Source: Phoronis australis
Taxonomy: Eukaryota > Animalia > Phoronida
Direction: 5' to 3'
Length of the DNA: 64,000 bases
Assembly (NCBI GenBank): GCA_002633005.1
Contig: NMRA01000119.1
Location: 708,228 to 772,227, forward strand
A program made the position numbers and the translations under genes. The notes beneath the pieces were generated by a model. The model searched no databases, had not been told where the DNA came from, and saw only the letters and a program-made list of their open reading frames with translations. Below, in pieces: positions 40,075 to 52,097 of the stretch (position 1 is its first letter; the number at the start of each line of letters is the position of its first letter).

Positions 40075-43000
40075 AGGCAAGGATACGTCCACTACAGTTC
40101 TGAATTCTCAAGAATCAACAGTTCTTACAAGTCTTGGTAATACTACCGTACCACACATGATAAGTTGAATTTGGATCCCACCGCTTCATACAAAAGGAAA
40201 TTGGTGGCAATTCCACAAAAAAACGAGAGCGCTGCTTTTGAAATAGTTTACTACATTACAAGTTAACTGGTGGTTACCGCTGGAGACTCAATCAGATTGT
40301 TTCCTTGTCTCCAGGCCGGAAAGTTTTAGTCCTGTCAGATTTTAACTTAGAGGTATCTGAATATCATTCCCAGACAGCACAGAGTTAATCAAGCATTTCA
40401 AACTGGGTTGTAATGGCATTTTCACTGCTTAAACTACTTTAGTATAGTCTACCGTGCAATTTCCCACTAAATAAGTGCTTTCTCACTTTCCTATTAGCAA
40501 AGCTACTCTTTCACAACTCCCTTTGCCTTTCTCACGAACTCTTCTCCGGTAGCGACATCAAAGTAACCATTAGTTCTAGGGATTAAGCACCAGATGGTGT
40601 AGTTGATTCAAACTCTTAATTGAATATGTATATTGCATCGCAAGACGTCCAGCAATTGCTCCCATCGGAGTGGATTAAACCTTTCCAACTGATGCCGAGT
40701 TGCAGAATTCTACAGTGTAGTTTAATCATCCTATTTTGCGAGATGTGATGGCTCTACTTAAAACTCCACAAAACTGGGGAGTAGAGGTGTTGATAAGAAA
40801 GTGGCATTTCAGAACACCAAGGATAACGTAATGCGCCATCTGTTGGCATTGGAGAACATTTGGATGTGGCCACCTACATACAAATGCAATAGACATGACG
40901 TACAGAACCTGTCTCATTGGGGATTAAAACCGAAATCTTGTTTTTCAAAGCAATCGTCATACAAGATCATCCGAACAAGTTGGACAGAGAGCGTGACGTC
41001 ACCTCACTGGGACAGTCTAGAAAGAGTCCGGTATCTTGGTTTGAACCTCGCTATTTCTCTACAGGAAATTTCACATAAAGTAAACGGTTGTAAAGTGAAA
41101 ATCACCAGTCAAACACTGTTTAAGAACGCAGTTGGTTAATAGGCTAACCTATAAGGTTCACATACGGTGCAGCACAAGCTGCAGATTTTAAAAAAATTGT
41201 TTTGTTGAACTTTACAGTTTAATCAAATATGTTAGTGCAAAGAAATAGTCTCCAAGATGCTAGTGTTATCACTTTCATCCTTGTTACACAACTTATTACA
41301 AATCTATATTCTCACTCAAATTTTCATGGGTACAGCATCTTTCTATATTTAGAATTTTGTGTTGCATCTGTTGTCCCTAAATATCAGGTTGTCGTAGGTG
41401 AGTGACAATTTCCTGGCGAGTGACAGTTTCCAGGAAACCCTGGCCCAGGAAAACCCCCTTTGAAAATCTCAGTTATCGGATAAATTTACAAGAGAAGCCC
41501 CAGAAATGAAGCCCACTTACCAAAAGCCTGAATGGTCACATTTGATGCCCGATATTACAAGTTTTTTCGTGCGGTAACTATGTGGAGATAACTCCGACCA
41601 GAGATATTAGTAGGATACGTCATACTAGCGTAAATGCCAACAAAACGACCTACGCAATTATGANAGGCAAGGATACGTCCACTACAGTTCTGAATTCTCA
41701 AGAATCAGCAGTTCTTACAAGTCTTGGTAATACTACCGTACCACACATGATAAGTTGAATTTGGATCCCACCGCTTCATACAAAAGGAAATTGGTGGCAA
41801 TTCCACAAAAAAACGAGAGCGCTGCTTTTGAAATAGTTTACTACATTACAAGTTAACTGGTGGTTACCGCTGGAGACTCAATCAGATTGTTTCCTTGTCT
41901 CCAGGCCGGAAAGTTTTAGTCCTGTCAGATTTTAACTTAGAGGTATCTGAATATCATTCCCAGACAGCACAGAGTTAATCAAGCATTTCAAACTGGGTTG
42001 TAATGGCATTTTCACTGCTTAAACTACTTTAGTATAGTCTACCGTGCAATTTCCCACTAAATAAGCGCTTTCTCACTTTCCTATTAGCAAAGCTACTCTT
42101 TCACAACTCCCCTTGCCTTTCTCACGAACTCTTCTCCGGTAGCGACATCAAAGTAACCATTAGTTCTAGGGATTAAGCACCAGATGGTGTAGTTGATTCA
42201 AACTCTTAATTGAATATGTATATTGCATCGCAAGACGTCCAGCAATTGCTCCCATCGGAGTGGATTAAACCTTTCCAACTGATGCTGAGTTGTAGAATTC
42301 CACAGTGTAGTTTAATCATCCTATTTTGCGAGATGTGAGGGCTCTACTTAAAAGTCTGGAGGTTATTCTTTCTCACTGACTGAAACTCCACAAAACTGGG
42401 GAGTAGAGGTGTTGATGAGAAAGTGGCATTTCGGAACACTAAGGATAAGGTAATGCGCCATCTGTTGGCATTGGAGAACATTTGGATGTGGCAACCTACA
42501 TACAAACGCAATAGACATGAACCTATCCCATTGGGGATTAAAATTGAAATCTTATTTTGCAAAGCAATCGTCATACAAGATCATCCGAACAAGTTGGACA
42601 GAGAGCGTGACATCACCTCACTGGGACAGTCTAGAAGATTCCAATATCTTGGTTTGAACCTTGCTATTTCTTTACAGGAAATTTCACATAAAGTGAACAG
42701 ATGTAACGTGAAAATCACCAAAAACTGGTTAAGAACGCAGTTGGTTAATAGGGTAACCTATAAGGTTCACATACGGTGCAGCACACGCTGCAGATTTTAA
42801 AAAAATTGTTTTGTTGAACTTTACAGTTTAAACAAATATGTTAGTGCAAAGAAATAGATTTGTCTCCAAGATGCTAGTGTTATCCCTTTCATCCTTGTTA
42901 CATAACTTATTACAAATCTATATTCTCACTCAAATTTTCATGGGTACAGCATCTTTCTATACTTAGAATTTTGTGTTGCATCTGTTGTCCCTAAATACCA

Positions 43001-43291
43001 GGTTGTCGTAGGTGAGTGACAATTTCCTGGCGAGTGACAGTTTCCAGGAAACCCTGGCCCAGGAAAACCCCCTTAGAAAATCTGTTATCGGATAAATTTA
43101 AAAGAGAAGCCCCAGAAATGAAGCCCACTTACCAAAAGCCTGAATGATTACATTTGATGCCCGATATTACAAGTTTTTTCGTCGGAACATACACTTATGC
43201 GGTAACTATGTGGAGATAACTCAGACGAGAGATATTAGTAAGATATGTCATACTAGTGTAAATGCCAACAAGACGGTCTACGCAATTATGA
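40075..43291. repeat. About 1.6-kb tandem duplication across a single N (probable haplotype duplication)
   Basis: 40075-41663 aligns with 41665-43291; the N sits exactly at the junction (41664). Confidence 0.9.
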
Positions 43292-45094
43292 ACCTAGCAA
43301 GCAGATCCCCAAACTCCAGTCACTGACTCGACTTAAAACATGCAATCAAAAAACATCCAAAAAAAACACTCCTCACATCCACGAACAATGATGTGGATGA
43401 CCAGAAAACATACTGTGAGCTGAGTTTACAGGTGCCAGAGTTGCGTCTGCAGGTGCTAGAGCCTTGTTTGCTGTCTGCAAGTCCTATTTGTAAGTGGGTG
43501 CGAGTCTGTAAGCAGGACGTCTTGAAATCGATGCAATTAGTTAGATCAGGGCAATGACATTTTTTTCTTCAAGCCCAGCTTGACTGTATTAATGAGCAGA
43601 TATGCAGACTTCACGTTCAAGAATGAAGTGCAGCTTTAACAAAAATTAAAATACGTAAAAATAAACTGTAAATTGTGAGGTAAGGAGGCCTTGATAAAGA
43701 TGCAAACTTAGTAACAGGTTTAGGTCATTCACCTTAGTTAGTATCGTGACTTTGGGGTAGGGTTTGGCTCAATCGCAAGTATGGGATACCTAAAACCCTG
43801 TAACTCAAGTAGACATCACAATAATGACAAGCCAGAACATCAAGTTACCTATGTGTACCAGAAAAGTAGTGACAATGCTGAACTAGCAAGCCACTCTTGT
43901 CTTACTGAATGCACTCTTGGTGTTAAAAATCTGCGTAAAGCGGAAAATTCAAACCTTAATGCAAGAACCTCAACACACATACTAGGCAGTGGCTCAGGCA
44001 TACATCTCACAACAAAGATACAATCACAAAAACTTACAGATTGGGTGCTCAAGGTTTCCCCTTCTTTTCAAAACACTTAAGACATTTATGAAAAGCGGCA
44101 AATAAACAGCATTGAAAGTTAAATAGGGTTACCACGAACATTAACAAATACCGTGACTTGGAATACAATTCGGCCAAGAAAACTCGTACAAATTCTGGAT
44201 TGCAATCACACAACTACATTTCACAAAGAAATTTTTAGGAGTCACCACATGAGGTGCCCCGGACCATGTATTCATGATGGAATGCTAATGACTGGGATCA
44301 AGTAATACTTTCATTTAATTACATACATGGATTTCTAACAGACATCTACTTGGGAAGAAGGAAAACTATTGCGTAAGTGACATTTTCCTTTCACTCGGAT
44401 AAAATTCTACAAAACATTTGTTCTAGTTCATGTATTCAGCCCTTCAGATAAATCCAGTTTAGCTCCGGCTGTTGCCAACATGCTATTGCAACAATTTCTT
44501 CTGGGAAACAAAGAAGAATGGGCAAACTTTGAGCTAAATCTCATAACAGAGTTTCCCGATTGGTTACCACAGACTAACTATTTAATCTTCAAACAACCTC
44601 ATTTTATGACCAGTCGAAATGCAAATTTTATTTTCTCAGCTGCTAAATTTGATCATCTGGGAATAGTGCATTGGAAATACGAAAGAGTTCAAATCAGTTT
44701 CTGGGTATTCATTAGGACATTGTGACTATCGGCTTGATGAAGCCTTTACGGTAATCAGTTTGGCAAAAGCACTGGCCCCTTCTCAAACTACAGATGATAA
44801 CACTCCCTATCATGCTAAATACTCCTTAGCCACATTTATTTTAAAGGTTGACATTGGTCAAATGACCTTACAGGAATTCAAAATTTGACCAACCAGAGCA
44901 GCTCATGTGGCCAACCGCAGCGTCCCAAGCTCCTAAAAGTTATTTCACAAAATGGAGACCCATGACAGAAAATCCAATGCAACTTGACAGAATTTCCTTA
45001 GATTTGTGCAAGTCATAGCAACATGTAGTCCCTTAGTATGCCATTGGAGATACAATACTCAACTCTCATCAAAATATGTAGGCATCTCAACGCC

Positions 45095-45774
45095 GTGTAT
45101 TTTAAACGACCGCAGCCGAATTACGACTCCCACATTTTTCGCCTCGTCAAAAATATATTTTACACTTTAAAATATCACTTGTAAAAGCGCTTAATTTCTT
45201 CAGTAACCCTTTCTGATTCTATGCATACCCTTGACAAAGCATGCCCAGGGGAATTGAGACAGATTTCATGAAGAGTTTCAACTCCACTTTTTGGTCGCCA
45301 TGAACTTTTTCACCGAAAACCATTTGCGGTGAAAAGCTTAAGTGACGTCACATGAGTTATTACCAAGGAATATACACATAACTCCAAAAAGGTGGCCAGC
45401 AAAGGGAAACTCGAGTAAAACTCGACAGAATTTTATGAGCTGAATATGTTCAAATTATGCCAACTACATCGTCTTCAGTCTTGGACGGAGTATTAATTTT
45501 AACTCATTGCATACGCATGCTTCATTCGATATTAGTCCCTTACTTTTAAATAAGTAGCTTCTGATGGGGAAGTACTACTGTTGGTCAAGCTAAACCACAT
45601 GTAGGCCTATTGTGAATTATCGCAGATACTGTACAAAAAAGTACATTTACAAATATACATGACTACTCTATATCATGGTAATGGTATTTGTTTTTCACAA
45701 AGTTCTTGAATGAGTAACTAAAGGGGAACCATTATCACCCTGACGCCCAAATGTTAGGGTGGTGTGTAGTCTAG
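45095..45774 (+). mobile_element. Helitron-like non-autonomous element, copy 1
   Basis: Shared body (gtgtattttaaacg...aaaagcgc...ttcaactccactttttgg); 3' hairpin atcaccctgac...gttagggtggt followed by CTAG|T. Confidence 0.65.
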
Positions 45775-46168
45775 TATTCAGTTTCCTAAAATATAGCGGC
45801 TTCAAATCTGATATTCGACGACTCGTGGGAGGGGCTATATTTATCTCTCAACCGAGAGTCGGCAAACGGTCGGCTCAACAGGTTGTGTGTTGAATAATAA
45901 ACCTCGTTACACAACTTAAGCCGCAACTTTATAACATTTTTGGGGTTTTGTGGTCACTTGTGGCGAGCTGATATCAGTCACAATACACAAACACTGGTAC
46001 ACGGTTGTAAATAGAGCGAAAACATGACATTTCACACACAGTTTATATTGTCAGGTCGGCCATGTTTCAACGCACGACAGCCATTTAGTTGTAAACCACG
46101 CTGCATTCGCATCAACACTCTCCAAGCGTATTTAAAAGATTTGACAACTTATCAATCGTTTACCTCAC

Positions 46169-46190
46169 CTTTCGTATTGCTGGACATCAT
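46169..46190 (-). CDS. HR3: Probable start-codon exon of HR3/ROR (MMSSNTK + G of Ala)
   Basis: Minus strand ATG ATG TCC AGC AAT ACG AAA G|GTGAG. Phase 1 joins 11774 to give [15 protein letters not shown], resembling the M(K/R)AQIEVIPC start of short ROR/HR3 isoforms. Possible acceptor ttttag at 46221. Confidence 0.6.
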
Positions 46191-46281
46191 CTTACTACTT
46201 GCATTAAGGACAGAGTTGTGCTAAAATTCCGCGACAAAAGCGTAACTTTCCGAGCAATCTATTCAGACCAAGATGCGCTAA

Positions 46282-46297
46282 AGGTCACTTAAGGTCA
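46282..46297 (+). promoter_or_regulatory. Perfect DR4 nuclear-receptor response element
   Basis: AGGTCA-ctta-AGGTCA about 90 bp upstream of the putative HR3 ATG; octamer ATTTGCAT at 46302 and a third AGGTCA at 46371. Confidence 0.55.
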
Positions 46298-48379
46298 ACT
46301 CATTTGCATGTGATGAATGAATCTTGTTTCAGTTACAACAAAAATAAGCATTGTTGGACATAATTTTATGAGGTCAATTGAGAGACTGTCACCATTTTGC
46401 TTATTTCAGCAAGTTTTAAAACTTTCATAGTTTCATTTAGTATTTAAATGATGTTTGAATTACGAACAATTTCTGCCGCGTGAGGGCACTACTTTTCCCG
46501 CCATTCTTAGGTAAACAAAAGAAAAAACGCGACGCATGGCTGAGCGCGAAAAAAACAACAGATGACTCTATTGAGCTGGTGTTTGAACAAGCCATGAAAC
46601 AGTCAATTAAACATTGGAAATATAAACCAGATGAATTAAAAAGAATGTAAAATGCAGTGGTCTCGTCTCGTGTGTGCGGGCACATCCTTCGAAGGCTCTT
46701 TCAAATGGAGTTTGGCATGTAAGCCTGGCTGTGAGAACACCCGGTAGAACGTGGTTTAATGACAAATTATTGAACAAACAAACCGTAAAGAAAATCATAA
46801 ACAGTGACGCCACATGAAGAATTCTGATATAAAACAGCTTCATAAATACAAGATGAGTAACACTGTATGTTGCGTAGCGACGAAAGCAAAAAATAATAAA
46901 GTACAAAAACGCGAGCAACATGGATACTTCAGGCGTTTGTAAAAAGATTTGCATGATATTTTTATCCCGCAAGCCCTAACAGAAAGCCATCATCACAAGG
47001 AAAGTGTAATGGTTTATTTTTCTTAAAAGAAAATTGCCGACGGCAACTACACTTGGGTACGGAAAGGAAGTTATCTCTACAACAACGCTACCTTTTGGTG
47101 ACATAATACAACTCTGGGGAAATTGCGCCCCGACGGTGACTTCGTTACCATATTGGTTCCTAGCCTGTAACTAGGAACCAGTATTGGTTCGTTCGTAGCT
47201 TCAAGTAAAATCTAAAACTTGAATGATATACGTTGTACGAAATCATTACCCATATCTATAAAAATAGATTTTCATAAAGAGGAAACCGTAGCAAGATGTA
47301 TGGAGATGGACAACACATAGATCAAGTTCTAGCATCCAGTTATTCTACAAACTTGACAGGCCGGGCCATTGAGTCAGGTAAAAAATTCAAGTTTAAGTAC
47401 GGTACAGTCTACGTATGAGCATTCATACCAGAACCCATGAGAAAACAAAGTGGATGATGTCACCCGCTGAGCAATGATCGGAGCGGGATCGGTGGATGAA
47501 TCATGACCTTATTCCCCGAAGTCGTATATAGGCTCTACTCGATCCATGGCTGGCGCAGTGTGGCACTGGCCGAGGAAATCAAGTTTGGATCCCGTTCTGT
47601 TTAAAGTTGGCACGATGGAAACTCGTTATGCCTTGAGTGCATGTTTAAAGGGCCATATTTGAGACTGGTTTGTATGAAAAAAATTCATACAGAGGGTTTT
47701 TCCGTATCACAATGTTTTTGGTGGGATTGCCGTATTACCGCCCCATACCGAGCCCATATGGCGTTTGTGCGGAACTATTGCGCTTTAATTTATGTGAAAC
47801 TTAAAGCGCCAATATGCGAACCACTTGGGTAAAAAAGGTCGTCAAAGGGCATTATTTTAGATATAGGCTTATGGACATCATAAAAACACGACATACGGCT
47901 AAAACTCAACAAAGCTTTTGTTTTTGGAAGAATTAAAATTGAGTAAACAACCCTGTCGAATAAATCGTACCTTTTGAAGCGAGGCCCAATTTAAAAAAGC
48001 GGATCCTTTCGTAAGGAAGTTATTAAAGGAAAGACCATAATCGTAGGGAAGCTGGCCGTAACGATGCGACACCCAGGCATCTGAACAACTCGGACATGCC
48101 CCACAGTGCACTGGTTCGCATCAGCACGATAAAGTTGAGCTGGGTCACGGTGGGGACGGTGGCGAAATGCTGTCAATCGCAAGTCCCGAAGGGAGGACTA
48201 CCGTTTTTTTTATTTTTTTTTTATTTTTTGGTGAATTATTAGATATCCGTGAGATAATGGTTTCCATAAAATGGTAATACTGTGTCAGAAAGTAGTCGCT
48301 GGAACTTTTGATTGAAAACGGAAACTATAGTGATTCAATATTTTACCGGTTGATGCCACTTAAAAGCACTGCATAGTCA

Positions 48380-48440
48380 TGATTGGTAGGACGGCAACCA
48401 ATCAAAAAAATGGTCAAATTTGAGCGTTCCGGGGCGGGTT
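48380..48440. promoter_or_regulatory. Paired inverted CCAAT boxes plus GC box
   Basis: TGATTGG...CCAATCA followed by GGGGCGGG in the intergenic interval. Could instead be part of a repeat. Confidence 0.3.
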
Positions 48441-49160
48441 CGGCCGGGTGAGCGTGTCTACGTTGAAAGGGACTGCTCACGCAAGTGAGACTCGGGGGAA
48501 ATTGTGTTACAAACTGTAGGGAACACTTTAATGCCATGCAGAGGCGGTGTCAGAAAACCCTTTTTCGCGTCCGGTTCACTAAAAATACTGACATCGATGA
48601 TTGAAAAATGCAATGTGACACCTTTGAAATTTTTATTCTATTTTGTGAATTCAGTGAAAATTGCGATTTTTTGCAAAGCATCTCATAAAAAAGTCTTACA
48701 GTAAATCAGCATGATTCAAATCCGAAGCCTCAGCGGGGCCCAAACCTTTCGTTAGGGTTAATGATGGTACGCATTGAGGCCGTCGGGGCTGCAGTAATCC
48801 ACTGATAGGTCAAACGATAGAAATCAGTGCTTCAATAGTCCATCCCAGTTTCTAGCCTCAAATAGGAATACAAAGTTTCCTCGAGGACCGAAAGTCACAA
48901 ATGCCTACGGCCGACATGACGTGAAAGGCATTGCAATGAATTGTCAACAATTCCGAGTTCAGCGAAGTCACTGAGTAAGAACTAGTACATTATGTCCTTC
49001 TGAGACCCTTCCATGGAAAGTCCAAAAGATGGACACAAAGTAGCCGTCTTCTTGACCTAAATTCACAAACAGGATACGTTGTTTTCTCTTTGAACAAAGA
49101 ATGTTAGAAGAACGTGAAGACAGGTCTTGAGAAAGTGTTTAGAATGCTACTCTAACTTAC

Positions 49161-49586
49161 CTGCAATCAATCATTGGAAGGTAAAGGCTTCAAATTTACC
49201 ATTAAAGCGGTTATTTCAGAGAAAACTGGCTCAAAATGTCTGCGTAGAACAAATCTATGTCAGTATGTCAAACGTATTTGTATTTCCACAGCACTAGGCG
49301 ACCTATAGATTTTAGTTTGGGGAAAGAATAGCGAAATATCGCTAAAGAGGTTAGTATGTCATCACGTTGCGTGGAGCAAGGTTGGGCTGTTTAGCAAGAA
49401 GGAAAACCAAACAATAAAAGCAGGCTGAAATCACATTTTTAATGGATGATTTATTTCAGTCAAAATTATTTAAGGAATAAAACAAGTACATAATTATCGC
49501 ATGATAATAGAAGATGGCGAGTTAATTTCCAAAACAATCAGTTGACCAATGAAAAACAAGTAATGTCGTTATTGCCAAGGCACATC
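49161..49586. promoter_or_regulatory. CARNMT1 promoter region, possibly bidirectional
   Basis: YY1-type AAGATGGCG at 49511-49519 and CCAAT at 49546-49550 just upstream of the ATG; on the minus strand a consensus donor CAG|GTAAGT at 49161/49160. Confidence 0.5.
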
Positions 49587-49693
49587 ATGTCGCAGGCAGC
49601 ACACAGCAGAGGGGATTTGAACAATGAAACCGCCGAAGAACGCATGGAAAGGGAGCACTACCAAAGAATCATCAATGCGTACAAATTTTACAG
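49587..49693 (+). CDS. CARNMT1: Carnosine N-methyltransferase exon 1
   Basis: MSQAAHSRGDLNNETAEERMEREHYQRIINAYKFY(R), similar to the CARNMT1 N-terminal EERLEREHF..IINAF.YY segment. Donor AG|GTAATG. An alternative in-frame ATG lies at 49563. Confidence 0.9.
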
Positions 49694-50017
49694 GTAATGA
49701 AGTTTCCGGGAAATGCACCATACACAAGTACACTGAGGTCATTTCTGTTTAAAAACTATCGAAAAGTACTAGTCAACGCCACCGGGCGGTAGACGTTGTC
49801 CACGAAAGCCGGAAAACTGGCTTATGTTTCACAAAAACTGGGGTGTCTTATATGTGCCGTGATGTACAGGAACCTTATGATCTAATGGTTAATTTACTCC
49901 CAATTTCACATCGATTCATCCCTGGGGATTTTTGAAAGAGCACGATCAGCCCCAGGCAACAGTACACGGCCGTTTAGGGGCAATACTTCCATTCGCTTTC
50001 TGTATGCATTTCGTTAC

Positions 50018-50641
50018 ATGTATTTTAAACGGGCGGTAATCCAAATCCGGTCACCGATTTTGAGTTTTCACCTTGTCAAAAATACATTCCACACTTAAAA
50101 TTATCACTTAAAAAAGCACCTACTTTCTTCCCCACTCACTGGTCCTTTCTACTTCTATACATATCTTTGATGAAGTTTAATTGTGAGAATTAAGGTGACT
50201 TTGGCAAAGAATTCCAACTCCACTTTTTTGGTTGCTGTTAACTTTTTCACCATGCACGCGATAACCTTAAGTAGGTCAAACTGAGTCACGTGAGTTAGGC
50301 TGAGCGAAGCGCATGACACTTGCAAAATAGCATGAGAAAGTATCAGTTGAAATTTGTAAGATTTGTGTGATGTAAGACATGCGTGATTTCACGTAATTTC
50401 CTCAAAATGGCACCCGCTAAGAAAAACTTGAGCAAACCGTGACAGATTTTCATCGATTTATTCAAGTTTTTCTGACTAAATTATATCCGAGAGTCATGGT
50501 ATTTGTTAATTATAACTCCATGTTCCTATATGTATGGTTCATTTGATTTTATTTGCTGTATTTTGAAATGAGTAAACTTGTTGTGGGGATATACTATCAC
50601 CCCTGTATGCCTGCGGCATGCAGGGCGATGTAATTGCCTAG
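50018..50641 (+). mobile_element. Helitron-like element, copy 2
   Basis: Same body; 3' hairpin ccctgtatgcc-tgc-ggcatgcaggg followed by CTAG. Confidence 0.65.
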
Positions 50642-50644
50642 ATC

Positions 50645-51046
50645 AGCCCAAACTGATGCCTGCACCAAACTGATTTGGCGCCTTTCAATTTGGCACAGGT
50701 TGGTGACCCAAACTGGTGGCTGCGCTAAACTGAAGCTACCGTAAGTTTCCAAATTACTGCCAGAGGTTTATAAATTTTTTTAGAACTGAAATTGGTGACA
50801 GTGAGCACGGGGTGGTGTGTAATAGTTTCTCAGGACACTTCCCCCTTGTCAGCCATACGACCTGCATATGTGAGCACTCGTTGTCGTAAACTTGGGTTCT
50901 GATAAGCGTTAAAAAATTCATAAACCAATGACAGTAATTTGGGAACTTTGATGGCTTCAGTTTGTTGCAGGCATCAGTTTGGTTCACCAACCTGTGGCAA
51001 ATTGTAGTGCACCAAATCAGTTTTGTGCAGGCATGAGTTTGGGCTG
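50645..51046. mobile_element. MITE with about 115-bp TIRs
   Basis: cagcccaaactgatgcctgcac...gtgcaggcatgagtttgggctg; the arms pair through to aaattactg / cagtaattt. Confidence 0.8.
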
Positions 51047-51556
51047 TAACAGGGCCTCATTCGGAAACATCCAAGTTCAGAATAGCTTGGAGATTCCCCA
51101 AGATTTTCTTTCAGAAAAGGTTATTGAACTCATCAGAAAAATAACAGTTTCCAACGCAGCACCCCCATTCCGCCTTGGATGTTCAAAGTGTGTGATGGTT
51201 TAATTGTGTTGGCGGGTTTGCTAAGAGTAAGAAAAATCCAGTGACATGTGCAATTCCCAAGTGATCGAGCTGAAATATGTTTACGATCCTGTTTTAAAGA
51301 TCAAAAATAGTCCTTTTGCGAGTTGTAACAATAACGCGAGATTATGTGAGACTTAACTGTGACGTCACCGGAAGTGGGGCAAAAGCTTGTCGTTTGGCCA
51401 TTTGCCCGGTACGATAGCAGAGTGTATTCTGTTGTTTACTTCGAGTTTTTAATCTTTTAGTGTGAAAAATGCCAAACAAGCATTGCTGTTATGGCAAATG
51501 AAATTCAGATTCGCATTACAATACGTTCCATCGCATTCTGTACTAATTTCGTCTTG

Positions 51557-52097
51557 TGTATTTTAAACGGCCGGTAGGCGAAATCTGCTCACTGATTAAA
51601 GTTTCACCTCGTCAAAAATACATTCTACACCTAAAATTATTACCTAAAAAGGCGCTTACTTTCTTTAGTGATCCTTTCTGCTTCTAAACATATCTTCGAT
51701 GAAGCATAGCTACAGGAATTGAGGTGACTGGCAAAGAATTCCAACTCCACTTTTTGGTTATTGTTAACTTTGACCGCGCGCGCGCGATAACCACAAAGCA
51801 TTTCAACTGAGTCGGGTGAGTATACAGCAAAGGCTAGCGCGAGACTGAGCAAAGTGCGTGACCTGGCTCGTGACACTTGTACAATAGCATGGGGAAAATA
51901 TCAAGTGAAATTTGTAATATTTGTGTCCCTTGGCGTGATATGACGTAACTTCCTCAAAATGGGGCTCGGTGAGAGAAACTCGAGCAAACTGCGAGGTTTT
52001 CATAGATATGTTCACGTTATTTGTAGACTAAATTGTATCCAGAATCAGGGTATGTGGTAATTATAACTCCATATGCACATATGCATGTTTCAATTGA
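51557..52097 (+). mobile_element. Helitron-like element, copy 3, interrupted at its 3' end
   Basis: Same body as 50018-50641 up to ataactccat...ttgatttt, where the next element begins. Confidence 0.65.

Noticed and set aside
40801-42800. Paired ORFs MAF(Q/R)NTKD.VMRHLLALENIW that look like paralogues
   Set aside because: Same locus duplicated; frameshifting indels between the copies, GTG starts and no recognisable domain.
43133-43200. Minus-strand donor TTG|GTAAGT (also at 41521) as an alternative coding first exon
   Set aside because: In-frame TAA with no ATG in the phase needed; such donors occur by chance.
47153-47181. Small hairpin ttggttcctag-cctgtaa-ctaggaaccag
   Set aside because: Too short to interpret; probably a repeat remnant.
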